A stretch of 64,000 nucleotides of DNA, from contig OZ365114.1 in the NCBI GenBank assembly GCA_977030845.1, forward strand, positions 14,508,001 through 14,572,000, given 5' to 3'. The translations under genes were made by a program, and so were the position numbers. The DNA comes from Fimbriosthenelais zetlandica (taxonomy: Eukaryota). Positions within the stretch are counted from its first letter, which is position 1. Every line of letters starts with the position of its first letter. Shown here one piece after another: positions 40,961 to 55,717 of the stretch. Under the pieces are notes generated by a model. The model had not been told where the DNA came from, ran no database searches, and saw nothing but the letters and a program-made list of their open reading frames with translations.

Positions 40961-42049
40961 TCCTCTAAAACACACTTGCCACGACTATGATCGATCATCT
41001 GGTTCAATGGTAAAAAGGACCGTCTTTATATTAGATTGCACCGGACCAGTTAATTATTAAATTATCTAGTGTGCCTTTTAACGACTCTAACATTAACCAG
41101 TTCATTTACTCGCATCATTTTAACAGAACTCCTGTGTATGCCTCTTAGTCAGATTACTCAAGATGAAGTATGGAAAGATAAAATTCAGTAATAATGAATT
41201 TCAGATCCAATGAACGTCAACTGCCCCAAAATATTCTGATCATTGCTAAACAATTTTGAAAATAGAATATCTACATCCATATTGTAATCAATAGGAAACT
41301 GCCAGGTATCTGTTTCAGATTCTAACCACCTAGACCATTCATCCATTCCCCTGATTAAAGAACACAGAAACGTAATAGTAGCTCTAGTTATTGGTCTTTC
41401 ATTCACACACTTCTCATTAATTCAAAAACAATTAAGTTCAATTAATAATCTTGCAGTAACTGTACCCAATCCACCTCAGAAATCAATGTCCATGCAGTTA
41501 GAATTCAGCATCAAATATGATGTCTTGAGGATAATTATTTTCATCATCCAAGCAATGGTATTTCAATATGGTTCGGGATTCATAATCCTTGATCTGACCC
41601 GGGCAATTGCCTCCAAACTTCAACCTGCAATTTAAACTTACACGTTGTAACCGAAGGTATGGATTTTGTGCATTTTATAATTTTCCAACATCAAGTATGA
41701 AACCTTGAATGCAATGTGTCAGCTATCAAACAACACCATTAATAATTAGTGAAATGAAAGAAAAGACCGATTCAAACGGGAATTAAATAACAATGCCTAA
41801 TGGACGGGCGACTGATGTTGCAAAGAGTTTGCTTTATTACGGCAGAATGTTGAAGTGCTCAGCTTTTGAATTTAAGCACGCAGTTTGCAACTTGAATCTG
41901 GACAAAGGCAATCATGTCTTTGCATGATTTCCCTTAAAAGGCCATTAATCATCGAAGGTCCATGCACAAGAAGAATATAGTCGCTTCTTGCAGGAGGATT
42001 TTACCTTTTTTCTCAAGACCGCTCTGAATTCTCCCTCTCCTTGAGTCCC

Positions 42050-42520
42050 GGTCTTTTGTATTATGTTGAACAAATATTTCAAGCAATAGTAAACAAAGCA
42101 GGATGGATCCAAATTCCAGAATCCAATGCTGGAGACATCGTCTGACATTCTAGTCTCCAAAGGAAAACCACTGAGGCACACATATAGACACAAATGGAAG
42201 GTTTCATGGGGATTGTGTATTCCTTGTGAAATATTTCTACTCTTTGAAAGGTCAAGGAAAGCAAAAAAAGCACTGTGTTGTGAAACAATAATAAGAGGAA
42301 TATTGACTACACCAGACAGACTCCCACCTCTGCCTCTCTTTTGTTGATGTTGACTCAAACCCAGCTTTAATGATATTGTGTTTGCCACAAAAAGAACATA
42401 AACTCCACATCTCAAATTGGAGGTGGTCATGCGATCACCCTCGACCTCTGAGGTGTGCCAGACTAACATTGAGAACAAGAATGGGCCAATTTAAATGATT
42501 TAGATTTAGGCTGGATAGTG
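42050..42520 (+). mobile_element. Degenerate Ty1/Copia RNase H remnant
   Basis: Plus frame GLCIPCEIFLLFERSRKAKKALCCET...LPLFC.C.LKPSFNDIVFATKRT resembles GY.F...ISW.SKKQ..VA.ST.E and P..LFCDN...NP.FH.RTKH. Related to the 8.5 kb fragment. Confidence 0.5.
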
Positions 42521-44499
42521 TTTCTCAATCTAGCGTGCCCGGATTCTCTTCGGCTGCTGTAAATTTATTGATTTGGAGTATTTAGAGGGACGTACTTGGA
42601 AGAGCAAAAAAAGGAAGAGAAATTGAGAAAAAAACTTCCTCTACATCTTATTTGATGGAGCTTAGTCCAACTCTAATGCAATTCCCTGGAAGAGGCAGTG
42701 AGTTTGCACGTCTTTTGCTCCCTTATAGAATTTTGCTTTCAAACACTTATCTATGTTGTTGTGCCATCTAGCTTTCGTCAAAGCATATATTCAGATATTC
42801 ATGAGACACATGCTTTAGAAGACATGATTCAAAGATCTGTGGTGTAAAAATGAATGAATAGTGATTTTACGCCATGCCAGCTAGATATTTGGTATATAAG
42901 TCTATGAGAGACATTGCTAGGGTGGTGACCGGTGGATGTGTGCTGATTTGTACCATTAGCGTCAATCTCGTCATGGTATATAGCCGTGAGCACCTCAGTA
43001 AACTCCTGCCTACCACACCCTCACTACACCCTGCAACACCAGAAGAAGGGACGAGGAGGTGGAGGAGGAAGCAAAGTGGCTGCATCAAGAAACTTAGAAG
43101 AGGCTCGCGCAGAACATGGAATCAGGCTTTCGTCTGCCCAGAGGGCTGGCTGAGACATCACGGAATCTACCCATCCGATCTGACGGTGTGGCAGTGTCTA
43201 ACTACTATTAGCTCTTAATGCACGTGTTTCTCCTTTCACTGTTTCTTGGTAAGATTGGCCCGCGGGCATCACGCGTGTGCTCTAACCGCAGATCCCGTCT
43301 TTATCACTGTGTCGGCACAATTCACCAATCATTGCTCATACAGCTCTTGTCTGGTTCCAATATTATGCACCAACATCGGCCCGGGTTTCGCAGCACTGGG
43401 GAGAAGGATTAAAAATTACTGCGCATTATCGGTCCAGACCCACTCTGCTGCCTTTCACACGTCTGCGTGTATGGCATATATATAGGCTCGCTTATATTGT
43501 CCTCAATGCTCTGGGGTTGACTGGGCCCTTCAACATCCAGCTATGTGCTGATGGCGTGTGGAAAATCCACAACCAATGATAGGCCATTAGCGCCTACTTA
43601 CAATACACCAACCCACAACCTATCTGTCCAATAGAAAATAGGCCAAATGCAGACTCAAAGCATGCATGGCAGCTATTTAATGACAAACTCAACCACCATC
43701 AAGCAAAATCCTCGCAGAGGCAGCTTAATATAGTTACATTTTATACGGCTCTACAGTAGACTTTATCACATATATTTGAGCAGCTGGATATCCACGACAA
43801 CATTATCCAAATTGGCAGCGTCTGGAAAAGAAAAAGAAAAAAACAACCCGAGAGCCCAACAGTTGTGGCTATCAAAGGCACTGTAATTGCCCTTGCTTAA
43901 TGCCATTAGCAATTGGGATTAAAAACAGATAAAAAATATATGTCATCTTGTAAGTGGTAATTGGAAATCCTGTTCCCGATGGTTCATGTTAACGTGCCTT
44001 CGAGTGCTGAAGTGTTTTGTCCTTTCACTTCCACTTCCCACAAATCATAGTGGTAAAGCAGTGGTATTCAGCAAGCCATAGTGATTGATGATGGCTCTGT
44101 TAAAGAAACCAAAATCAAGGCACTTGAGATGTCAAGATGTATTCCTGTAGAGTCAAGCCCACTCGTAAATAATGCAAATAACTGACATAGTCTACTTTTA
44201 GTGCCTTTCCACTTTAGTGGAGAATTATATCGTCAAAAAGCATTCCAGGGGAGACCTACATCATATCTGTGTTTAATACCGACTAGTGCTCATCTCCGAT
44301 CAAAATGCCTTGTCTGGACAACACTCTGCTAAATGGTATTAGAGTCCATTTTTCAGTCCGTTATTTATTGGGTGCCTCCACTTTGCCAGAGCTATTCTTC
44401 TCATGGTTATGCTTTCCGCTGTAAGGCTTTCCTCATCCCGTTGCTTTACATTAGACCCAAAAGGAGGTATGGAATTGGAAAGAGGATCAAGCCAGACCT

Positions 44500-46400
44500 G
44501 TGGAAAACCTGGCTCCAAAACTCACATATATGTAGAGGTGGACACTTTAATGATGTAATAAAAAGCATAGAAGCCCCACATTAATGTGGACAAGTCATGT
44601 GATCCTCAATCTCGCCGTTTATTGGCACCTGGTTGGGGATGACGTCATAACTCATGGTCAAAGTGACGTCTTTGGAGGTGTCTCAGCAATTTTATCCTCC
44701 GGTGCATCCAGTCATGGATGTGACAGTCCACGCCAGGAGAATCGTGTAGGGGCAGACATGTGGCGACAGCCCATTGTTGCGATTTTTCATATGGTACAAG
44801 TGTGTTAAAATTCAGCCTAATGTGAAACAAGGAACAACACCCCTTTGACACTTTCTACTCCAAATTATAAGCTTTTGCTACATGATATTAGGGAAAAAAC
44901 AATGTGTTGCCAGTTTGTTGCACCAGTGGAGGATAGGACCTGAATGAGGCTACTCGAGGGTTTCGGTATGCTTGTATTGTGGTTCCCTCTGATCCTTCAA
45001 TGCCATTTTGAGAAAAGAAAAACAAATTCCCGCAGATTATGAGTACATAATCAATAGCACTAACTTATGAGCAGGTGATAATGTAGAATGACTTTAATTA
45101 GTTGTATTCAGTTGAAAGCAGTTCTTACTTTACGGGTGCATCGTTGAATTCCAAAGTCATTTTGCATTATTAACTTCTAATGCCCTAGCTGACATCAAAT
45201 TGTTGGTCCAACCAATACAGGATATTCAAGGGCATGAACAGCAGCTCTGTCTAATGCAACTGATACTGCAAACATCTTGTTCTGTATCTGGCGCAAGTCC
45301 GGGAGAAAGATTGGGTTCATTTTTATAGATTTCCATGCCTTATCTCTGAGTGCACAGGCTCGTTATGCCCACGCACGTAAAGTTTGCCTTCCTCAAGAAA
45401 TATGATGCTAAATGGGTCAGGAGTTCACCAATATTCTAACAGGTTTACAATTCGGGGAAGTACATTAATTTTATGTAAGCGGTCATTTGGTGAGGGCTCC
45501 AGCTTATATTTATTGAATGGAATGTTTGACATATAGAATGATGTCTTATAGACATTATATGGGAAACAATCCATGCATATTGCAAGAAGGAAATGGTGTA
45601 AGGGCACTTCCATGTTCACTTGACACACTATGAACAATGCATGTTAATGCCAAGGCTAAGATCATCCGACAAGGGGAGTTTTGATGGACTGGCATCCTCC
45701 ATAACCATACATTTTTTTCTGAGAATGGATCTCTAGTGCAAGCTGGGGCTGCACAATGTGTTGCCTTATAGAAGACATTCACTACGGAGACTAACCGCCA
45801 GCCCTGACTTAAAATCCCAACAGGAACAGCGAGAAATTTCTCACTAACAAACCAAGCAAAGTAGGGTCTCATCGATCAGGCCTCACTCGGCTTTACTTTG
45901 GCCCCACACCTAAGGCACTCAGGTTTCCAGAGGGACACAAGGCAAGGCCCCAAGCTTACAATACTCAACATGGCCGTGCTAAAACCACTCTGGCATTTGT
46001 CACTATTAAATTTCTATTCAGCTAGGATGGACATCCCTCCACTGTGTTGCATTTGTACCAACTTGGGAAATTCCCATAGTTTGAGGAATATGTATACCCA
46101 TCCCTCTGAGGTGAACGGTGCGATCCTGAAGTATCATGTATAGGCCTCATCAACTTCAAACCACAATAATAAAGTGAGTTCAAATAAAGGATTACACTTG
46201 CGATGTGACCAGACCATTTAATATTACTCAATTCAAATAGAAAGCTTGAAAAGAAGCCATTTGGTTTAGTGCGGCAAGGTCGAATAATTTGGTTGATATG
46301 TATATATATAGATGGAGCCTTATCAGGTTCCTCCTGGATTCTTTCAATTCCTTTCTGGAGTGCAAAATGAATGTTCCTTGCCACTGAGGGGACAGAGTGA
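44500..46400 (-). mobile_element. Degenerate Ty3/Gypsy RT-RH-integrase
   Basis: VLARPC.VL.AWGLALCP (RT), QPQLALEIHSQKK (W..EQQ.AFE.LK), YVKHSIQ.I.AGALTK (RH end) and EFVFLFSKWH (integrase), in Gypsy order. Confidence 0.45.
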
Positions 46401-49400
46401 GATTTATTCCATTGCCCAAGACAAATGCTGCAGGGCCTGATACTGATTAAGATAGTATCACGCTGCTAAGGTAATAAAGGCTGAGGAAGCGGGCAAGCAG
46501 TTTTTTGTATAACTTATTGGGTCGTGCCAATCGGATCCCGTTTTTATGTGGCATTCGGCAAGGATGCTAACGTGAGAAAATTACATGGGCGAGAAGGTGG
46601 CGGGGGTTGGGGGCACAATGGAGCTCAGCCCGCTATGTAGTCTCTCCGACTCAGTGAGGGACTCTACCAATACACCATTACAATAGCTTTTATGAGACAA
46701 CACCGCAACTGCTTTCATTTTAACTCATATCATTGTACTGGGGTTCCCTTTTCACCATTGAACATTACTTTGAAATTGCATTCTCTTAGGATATTAAATT
46801 CATAAAACAACTTTTCTCATTGCCATCCCTCTGGGAGTGCTCATAAGGTTTAGCCACTCCAACAGTACCAAGGAAGAGGAAAAAAGCCCCCAAACCCACC
46901 ATATTTATATCCCGAAAGGAACACCTTTTTCTTGCAACACTACCATACAGTCTCCCCACTCGGGAGTGCTCAGTGGATTCAATATGATGCATATGTTGCC
47001 TCGATGCATATGAAAGGCCAAAATGTACAGTCTGCACTGGCCACGTATGCCCCTCAACATTCGCTATCATCCATCAAGGAAGCACTAGTCTGACCAAGTA
47101 AGTCTAACAGGTCTTGCCAGTGCTTTCAGACAGCTATGAATTAAAGTCTAGTCTTCCTCTGAATAAGATATGAAAAGATCCTCTTGGAGCATCGCCAGGA
47201 CGGAGAAAAAGCTTCATGGCCCGCGGCAATTCATGAGGTGCCATACAGAATGTAACACATGGCTAGATAATGCTGAGGGTATTCCCAGATGTTATATGGC
47301 CTGCAAGTATAGATAAATGTCCTCTCATGTTCTGATAAATGACAACACATGGACAGAATAGGAGATCAATCCAGGGGTCCTAGCCTCTATACAAGACAAG
47401 TCCTAAAATAAAGAATAGGATTAGCAATGTTGGATACAATATACCAAGGTATGGATTAGAGCATAACTTTAACTTTCGGAAAGATCAACCCTTAAAACCC
47501 TTATGCAGACCAGCATACTATGCAGCCGGGTCAAACCAAAGACTTAAAAATTGGAACTAGTGGCTCCCTCACTTGGCATTCAACACTAACAGGAAAGTAG
47601 TAGGACTAGTCGGCCTGGTGTCTGGATAATGTGACTGGGTGAGGTATCACGTCATAGGACTCTCTGTCACAAGTAGGCAGCCTCAGGATATAACGGAAAA
47701 ATTGATGAAAGTGACATTAAAACCAATTAAACAGCAAACAACAAACCTTATTATGCTTGCTTGCTCTCTTCAAACATTATCAACCGATTGGAAATTGAAA
47801 ATGGCAATGGTCTATGTTGATTGCTGGCAGCCTGTTGCATTTAAATCACAGGCTGTGCCAGGTATTGACTGGTGATTGTGAGAAATAAGGGGGGACTATC
47901 CACATATCACGCCCAGCATGGCTATAGGTGTGAATAGTATGGACCAGTCCTCACCCTTCCCGCCCAACAATGCACCAGCTTTAGCCTGAGATGCAAGCAA
48001 AGGCGGCCACACAACTGAGCAAATAGGAGAACAGCCGGTACAATATGAAGCCCTATGAGCCAGAGGGCTTATGACCTCTTGCTGGCCAGGAACCGCTATC
48101 AATCACAGCTGGTCATGGAACCGGCCACGGGCTACGCTGGTTTACCGGTGTGCCTGCTCCCAAGGCCTACCATCTAGCCTAACCAATAAAGTGGCCCCCA
48201 ACCTCCGGGAGTCACGGGTGAATATAGTATATTCAATATGTCAAATGGCCATTAACCCTTCATGGAATTATCCTATTTATACAAATGCAGCTCTAAGCTA
48301 ATATGAACTTTCATGGGGCCGATCATTAACGCAAACCGACATGCCGCAAGGTAATTTAAATAGCGTGACAGAATCAGGTTATTGAGTCATATATATTCAA
48401 GAATTGCCCCAACTGAATAATGTAGAGCATTTATAATAGGTGGTATCAGTTTAGATGGATTAAATGTAGGCTAGGTATGATAATCAAGGATGCGGTTTCC
48501 TTCAACACAGAGTGAGAGAAGCTTTCTTGTGATGCTGCTTGTTATACGAGCACCTGCCCATTGGCTCGGCATTTTTATCCCCACATGGATTGAACACTGG
48601 AGACGGGCTCATATTGCAGAGAACAACAGAGAGGCAACGTGATATACGGCATGAAAAATGTGAACAGCATTAATACTGATTAATTCAGCTCCATAAAAAT
48701 GGGATAATCATCTTGCATCACAACAGATCCTAGATATTGCCGCCACTCAGCCTGGCTGGAGGGTGTAAAGAAGTCCTCACATGAAGGACATAAACATGTC
48801 ATATTTACGAACGTTATGAAAGGCAACATTATAGATATATATTGTATGAATATTGGAGCCTTGCAGGCTTTTATGCAGTTCTTGTATTCATTTAGCTCTA
48901 GGCCCTTTCATAAGCATCTTGATACAATGCATGAATCATGAATGTATACACTTTTACCATTGATTGTATTTATTGTTGATGGGCATGTATATCGCTAATC
49001 CTCTTGTTTAAATCTTGTTTCTCTTATTACACCTAGGTATGACAAGATATCAGAAACCCTAGGGAAATAAGCCACAACTGTTGAGAAATGCACTGCTCAG
49101 CAACTGATGGTTCTCCAGATTGTTTAGAAATGTGCCTTGTACAAAGTTCCCAAATACATTCAAAGACTAAAGCATTTGCAACAATGATGAAAAACACGCC
49201 TTTTTGTCAAACAGGACAGATTGTCCTAATGTTCCCTTCTAACATTCCTTTGAAAGGAACACAATTCACAGCATTTTCAATGACACTGTTACACTGGCAT
49301 CATCTGTTCCTTATAAATACTGTCTGGTACAGTATACAAGGCATTGTAATTATGGAGGCCAATGTTGCTCTTTTATGCTTCAGACATTTAGCGAGGGTTA

Positions 49401-49799
49401 AAAAAACATATGCAGACAAGCATTTTTACTCTGGTCTTTGAGCATAACACTGGCAGGTTCAATCATGGCTTAATATATACAACAGTGAGGGTTGGAGGGG
49501 GAGCAGGTGGCCGGTAAGGGACTGCTCCCTGTTCACTAACAACTCCCTGTAAAGGATTCAGAGCCAAGAGCACAGAAAACATATGTACTGTCAAAGCCCA
49601 TATAGGGGTAAAGGTATCTCTCTGTTTATAGCTAATAGAGCTTCAATGGTACATCATGTATGAATATACCCGCTTACACCTGTATTCTGAGCAGTGTGTT
49701 ATGCGGGGTCAAATCCAAGGGAAAAAGGGCAAAATAGAGATGAGATGTTAAAAGCCGACATGCAAATGTAGCATAAAGGTGTCAATATCACAGTTGAAC

Positions 49800-50450
49800 T
49801 TTAATGCAACAAAGATACAAAAACAAACAAAAGAAATGCCTTTAGCTAGTTGGGATTGGTATCAATATATAGGCTAATAGAGGTTGGAGGGAGGATAGGA
49901 GCACCTGATTCAAAAAATAAATAAATTCAAGACAGATTATCAAACAGATGGTTGAAAAATACATGTTTGTCTGTTGATGATTTTAAGGGCGGTTGAGACG
50001 ATATTTCACTAACGCCAGTAATAATTCTTTGATGCTTTTGAGCAGCACACCAACATAGCATCCCTCACAGGATGTGCACGCAATATTCTACTATAATGAC
50101 TAAAAACGTTCAAACAGACTTTGATGTTCTTCATTCCAGAAACCTCCCGTAGTATGCCCAAGGCTCTATTGGTAGTTTTTACTTTATAAGTTCGAAGAGC
50201 GCATTAAATTTTGATTGCTTTTAGGAATAGGCGTTGGTTCCTTTCACGTGGATTTCTCCTTGGACCAACTAAAAATGATCAACTGCCTACTCAATGTACG
50301 CTTGAAAGATGGATTGACCCGGCTCAAGTCCCACGTTGAGGTCCCAAGTGGAATAAAGCTACAAGTGGTATCAATATTGGCAAATTGCATCTTCTAAGCT
50401 TATCGGGAATATACTTGAGAGATAAGGAACACTCCTCCTCCATATTGTAA
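49800..50450 (-). mobile_element. Degenerate Ty3/Gypsy RT-RH fragment
   Basis: LYSTWDLNVG (FS.LDL.SG) followed downstream by ILPPTSISLYIDTNPN.LKAFL (L..PD..PF.L.TDAS..G.GA). Confidence 0.35.
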
Positions 50451-51249
50451 GCCTTTAGGTCGTTGGCCACGATATCAAACCAGAAGATATCATGTATTAC
50501 AAAAAAACTCAAGTTCTAATTGTACTTGTGCAGCTTGCATGTTCTTGTAATCATCAACATGACTGCTATGCCGCCTGCTCTAGAGCCGATTGGCATGCTT
50601 TTTACATGTCTGCGCTCTTTCTTCACCTTTCTGAACCTGTGAAGGTACAATCAAGCGATGTAGCATTGGGATAAACCTTCAGACACTTTTGAAGTTAGCT
50701 GAAGCTTCATGACTGAAAGATCAGATATGAAGGCAATTCCAATTAATGAACTGGGTCAAATGCAACCCTCTTCTGGAGCATGCTCCTTCAGTACACAAGG
50801 GGACCACTTTACTCTGATGAATTAGCTGGTCAAAACCTCAAAAAAAATGTGATAAAAATGAGTTTGATAATTTAGATTCACAGAAGGGAATCAAGCAAGA
50901 AAGATAGGAAGACAAACTTAGGAGAAAGCAATATTATAGGGGAATTGTTTCTGTGTCAGGAGTTACAATAGAAGTAAGCTGAGAATATCTAAAGGGTTGT
51001 TCAAAAACCCTCTTTGATCCCTCAGATCTATCCCCAGTGGACACAATATTGACGTACAATAGTGGAGGATAGAATTAGAGAGAAGAACAAAGGGAAAAGG
51101 GAATGTTTAAAGCAAATTACAACCCATGCTTCAGTATCGACAGATTCTGGGTTCGAAATAAATACGTCCGGTGTGAATGGAACATCTGGCACTTATAACA
51201 TACACTACAAATCAACCTTATAATCTCATGAAATATCAACAGCAAGGGG

Positions 51250-53000
51250 TATGAATCATTTAAAATTGCAATAAACAGAAGACAGAGGTGAAGGGAAATG
51301 GTCGCGGAGTGAGGTCGTCTCGAACGGAAAGGAAGGTTCTGAGAATGTAGTCATCTCGAGGGGTAAAAATGGCCGAGTCTCCTTCTCGGAATACTGGCTG
51401 GAGCACCTCGAAACAAAGTTGCCAGGCGATCCTGTAAATGTCAGCTCATCAGGGATGACATGGCGGGGGCCAGACAAGACCCCATAAACAAGCCGCAGTC
51501 TCTATCAGGTGTAAAATACTTCTCCAAGTAAGCTCCATTCTCACCAAGCACGTAAAGCCTTCTTAAATGGCATGGCATATTGGCCGAGTGGCCGGGTCCA
51601 CTGGGACATAAAACACACATGTATTGTGTGTAACGTTGGGAAGCATGCAGCCTGGGCCCCTAACGACTGACTCTTTCCCCCACTGGATAAACGAGGGGGT
51701 GTGTTATTTCAGCACATCAATGGAGCAGGGTGGAAAAAGCCAACGGAGAGCTAATCTTAGAAAAGGCTCGAGGCAAAAGGAGCAGCAGTTAAAAGGCTGA
51801 AAATGAAACAGGAATCGACATTCAAGTTACAACACCCTCGAAGAATGATAGCTGGATGAGGGTGTTACAAGAAGAAACACTTGTCTTTCTTGGTGGTATC
51901 ATAGCAGAACAATCGAAGCGAATAATACACTAATTAGTTCCAACCAAAAGCTTTTTTCTGGTTCTAGACAGCAAGAATGTCTAACAACTGCTCAATAAAA
52001 GCATAGACTTTGAAGGACAGCAACGCCAAGCATGTCATGCTTACATTGCTAAAGGCTTTTTCTCTTACAGTCTCAGTGCTATCTATGGCTTGCTTGTATT
52101 TATGTAAGAAAGAGTAGAAGGTGGCAATGAAATTGGATCTCGTGAGAAGGTACCCTTGCTGTTGATGGCAGGAACTGGTATAAAGGGGCCATGTAGCTAT
52201 CAAAAGAGAGCAATCAATTCTTTCTCATTATGTTATATTCCATTGATACCAACTTGATAGGCATAGTTATTAAGAGGTAAGGAGCCTCCATGATGGCCAA
52301 AAGCTATTGGTATGAGGCATGGATGGGCATATATTTTGGATGGCCGTTGCGCCCCTTTTGTGGCTTAATTAGGCATCGCCATTAGGGTTGATGAATGGGA
52401 GATAGGCGGGGCCATATCCCTTTTTAGTTTTATGCTAATCACCTGATGCCAGTTCCAAGATGGCAGAGCCAGCAAGATGTATAGCACTGCCTTAGATGGT
52501 GCTGTGCCACCAATGCCAGAGATAGATGATATATCAAGGAAAGTCCACAATATCTTTCATCATTTCTCCAAAGCACTCTGGATGTTTTAATATCTTTCCT
52601 TGGCGTGGTAGCAACATATTATATTGCCCACAGTATTCTCACTTCCCCCGAGCTGCACAGTGGTGCTGGCTAGACTGTCCAGTAAACAGCGCAGGTCTGA
52701 CACTCTCATGGATACAGAGATAAAAGTCTCGCTAAAAAGGCGTAAACAAGCGATTGTTTGGAATTAAAACCCCAGGATGGGCTGCTTTTGGGAGCTATAA
52801 GTCATTTACAAGGGTAACATTTAGGTTAATGGCAATTGCCATTTGCTAGAAATGACCTTAATTACGGCAGGCCACCCCATAGCACATAACATATATGTAG
52901 AGGTGTTCAACGAAAAACCCCCATTTCCTTTTTCAAATCCATTAAAACCTTCTTAGCTTTTCAATCATGGATCTGCCTTTGTATTCATAAATTTATTCAT
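51250..53000 (-). mobile_element. Degenerate Ty3/Gypsy RT-RH-integrase
   Basis: VTLVNDL (YLDD-like, ~52810-52830), LWTFLDISS (LRSFLG), WNWHQVISIKLKRDMAPPIS, LIPIAF...NEKELIALLIATW (RH), and GPRHVIPDELTFTG (integrase, ~51430-51470). Confidence 0.55.
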
Positions 53001-53899
53001 AAAACCGCAGCCTCGCTCATATACTCTTGACAGGTTATTCTTTGTCTCCGGGCAGAAATGACAAGAAAGTACATTCACTTTTTCCGCTCGTGTTATAGAG
53101 CAGCAAAAGGCACGTGACTTTTCTCATCCATATAGCAAGCCAGATATAATGTGAATGATAAATATTTGATTATGCTTGAAAGTCGAGGGAGTTCCATGTG
53201 CAAAAGAAGCATAATAACCCGCAGGGGGACACATAAATCTCAGATCGCTCATTTTAAGAGAGCTTCTTTGTCAAGTATAAACAACAGAGTAACTTTTAAC
53301 AGGGACTCCTCATTTATAATATATACATGCAGTTAATATGAACAAGATAGGGCAAGCGAGGAAATTGGCCTGTCCGACAAATTGCAGCCACTGCGGTACT
53401 GGCCAGGGGACCACTTTAAACGTGAACGCTACACTCAGCCGAGGCATAACTTCTGGTGGGCTTTTTCTTGGTATTCTATTCAACATGTGGAGACACGTAA
53501 ATCTTGACAGTTTCGTTTCTAAGTTTGGTTTAAAAGAGGCCAGAGTCGATGGTAAGTGTCGGAGCCGAGGTGGGCACGGCTCCGCTGGGGATTGCTCCCC
53601 TGCACTTTCTCATTACATAGCCCAGCTGGGTAGTAACTCATTTCTGACACCTTGCCCAGAATACAAAGCGTTTTAAATCAACCTTGAATAGTTGTCACTG
53701 AGTTATGTGCACTGCAAAAGGGACCTTTCTTCCATTTGAAGAGTATACTCCCAAGAAGTAGTAAGATCAAATGGTAGAGTACATGTATGGATATTTATTG
53801 TACCCACAATGTTCAAGCCTTTTTCATCATCACCGTAAATTAATAATACCCTTTTTCCTCCACACACTTATTAACTTCATGAATTGAGTGGGGGAATTA

Positions 53900-55000
53900 A
53901 TTGCAATAATACTTCCTTGTTGGAAAGGCTTGATGGATGTGTAAAAAAATAAGGGTTAATAGGATTTCTTGGAATGGTGTGTCTATGGTCCATGTTGCAG
54001 ATGCACCTCATCAAAAAGCGAACATTGCTATCTTTATTCCATCAATCAAGAATCTTTTATGGATGTTTGTGAAAGAGAAAAAACAACAAATGAGATGTCA
54101 TTCCCAGTTTATTTTTGCCGATTAGGGTTCTTAAATTGTAGTTTCAAATAACATAAAAAGAGACCCGGCAACCAAGGAGGCAATCATTGCTTGAAGGACG
54201 AAATCAATGGCAAGATGAGTGAACATTAAATTTAGATCCATATGGTTTTTTGCCACTCGCATTTCAATTATTCAGATCGATACAAATGGCTCAGTATATA
54301 ACGCTCAAGCCTGACATATTGAAACAGAATCCATGCTCAACACCTTGAAAGGCTTCATCATATTATTCCTCACCATTGGAGTGAAATGTACTTGAGATGA
54401 AGGCGGCGTATTGAGTGTCTCCTTTTAGAGCAACCATTTCTCAACTCTGACATTATCAAATTCAACCTTGACTCTTACCAGTTTTGTGGTTGTATAATTT
54501 TATAGTTCATCCAGTAACAACTGGCAGTCCTCCAGATGGTGTTGCAAATTTAATACCTTAGCCGATTTCCATTTACTTATAGCAGTAAATACTGGGATAT
54601 ATTCTATACAATGTATTAGACCCATCACACCAATCTAGTGAATATTCTGCTAGGACTGCATAACTGCTACAATCGTATTTGTGAGATTTCCCCACAGCCA
54701 AATACGATGGATACTTTGAACTAAGACCAGGGGATGCAGACTCCTTCTTTACCATACCATGGTCATATATTTTACTGCACATTTAATCCCTGGGGATGGC
54801 TGAGCTGGAGTGGGCTAAGATAGAGGGATAAGGCCTGGTGATCAGGCGTGGTGGCCTGCAATCGTCTGAGAACATTAGGCTAGACTGGGATAAGTACTAT
54901 ACTGCTACCACCACAACCACTACTCCATACATATACATACACTCTCTTTTTATAAGAGGATAGTGTAAGTAAGCCATTATTCCGATACTTAAGTAGCTCT
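53900..55000 (-). mobile_element. Degenerate Ty3/Gypsy integrase fragment
   Basis: WLWW.QYSTY...CSQ (zinc-finger region), IEYIPVFTAISKWKSAKVL (YIL.AVD.FSKW.EA) and PSSQVHFTPMVRNN. Confidence 0.4.
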
Positions 55001-55717
55001 TCCCTGTAGTAGATGGCTTTAGGCAATCATTTCTCTGGACATTCATGCATCTGGCTATATGTATATATTTCATATGACTTTCAATTCTCTGTAAACCAGG
55101 AGGTTTTGACATAGCAAATTCCTGTTGCTCTATTCAGGTTGTCCTTCGGGGAATAGCCTTTTATACACCTCTTCGGAGGAAATGAAAATTTCTTGCACTT
55201 GCGTCAATATCATGAGATTGTAGACTATCAGTGTGTTCGATGATAACTACAGTTGGCAGTTGTCCTAAAACGGATACTTACCTCGATACAGTCATTCTCA
55301 TGAGGTCCCCTATAAAAAGGACCCAGATGATAATGCTGGACAAGTTGATGATGAAGCCCTTACTTGTCCCAACTTAGAGAGACGCCTAAATAAACAGCAA
55401 TATTTTTCTGATTGATCTGGAAAATGCTTTGCATGGTGGCGGGGTATTAGAGAGACGGCTTATTTCTCTCTCTGATAACTTTATAGTTGCGCCTGCCGTG
55501 TGAAGAATGCATTTCTCTCCACTTAACAGCAGCTGCGCCGTCTTTTTAAGCAACAGCAGCTTTTTCCCTCACCAACGTGTATTCCCATTTGACAGCTAAA
55601 GATTCATTCCTCCATTTGATCTGTGCGGTATTAAAGACACCCACAAACGGGATGTCCACCAGCATGGAACTGCTGACATGATATTCAAATACAACAGAAG
55701 GACCTTTTCCTTTTGGT

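Noticed and set aside
51894-51905. TGGTATCATAGC, an 11/12 match to a Met-i tRNA primer-binding site (similar weak motif at 31352-31368, minus strand)
   Set aside because: No adjacent LTR end ending in CA, and the 51894 site is opposite in strand to the surrounding element.
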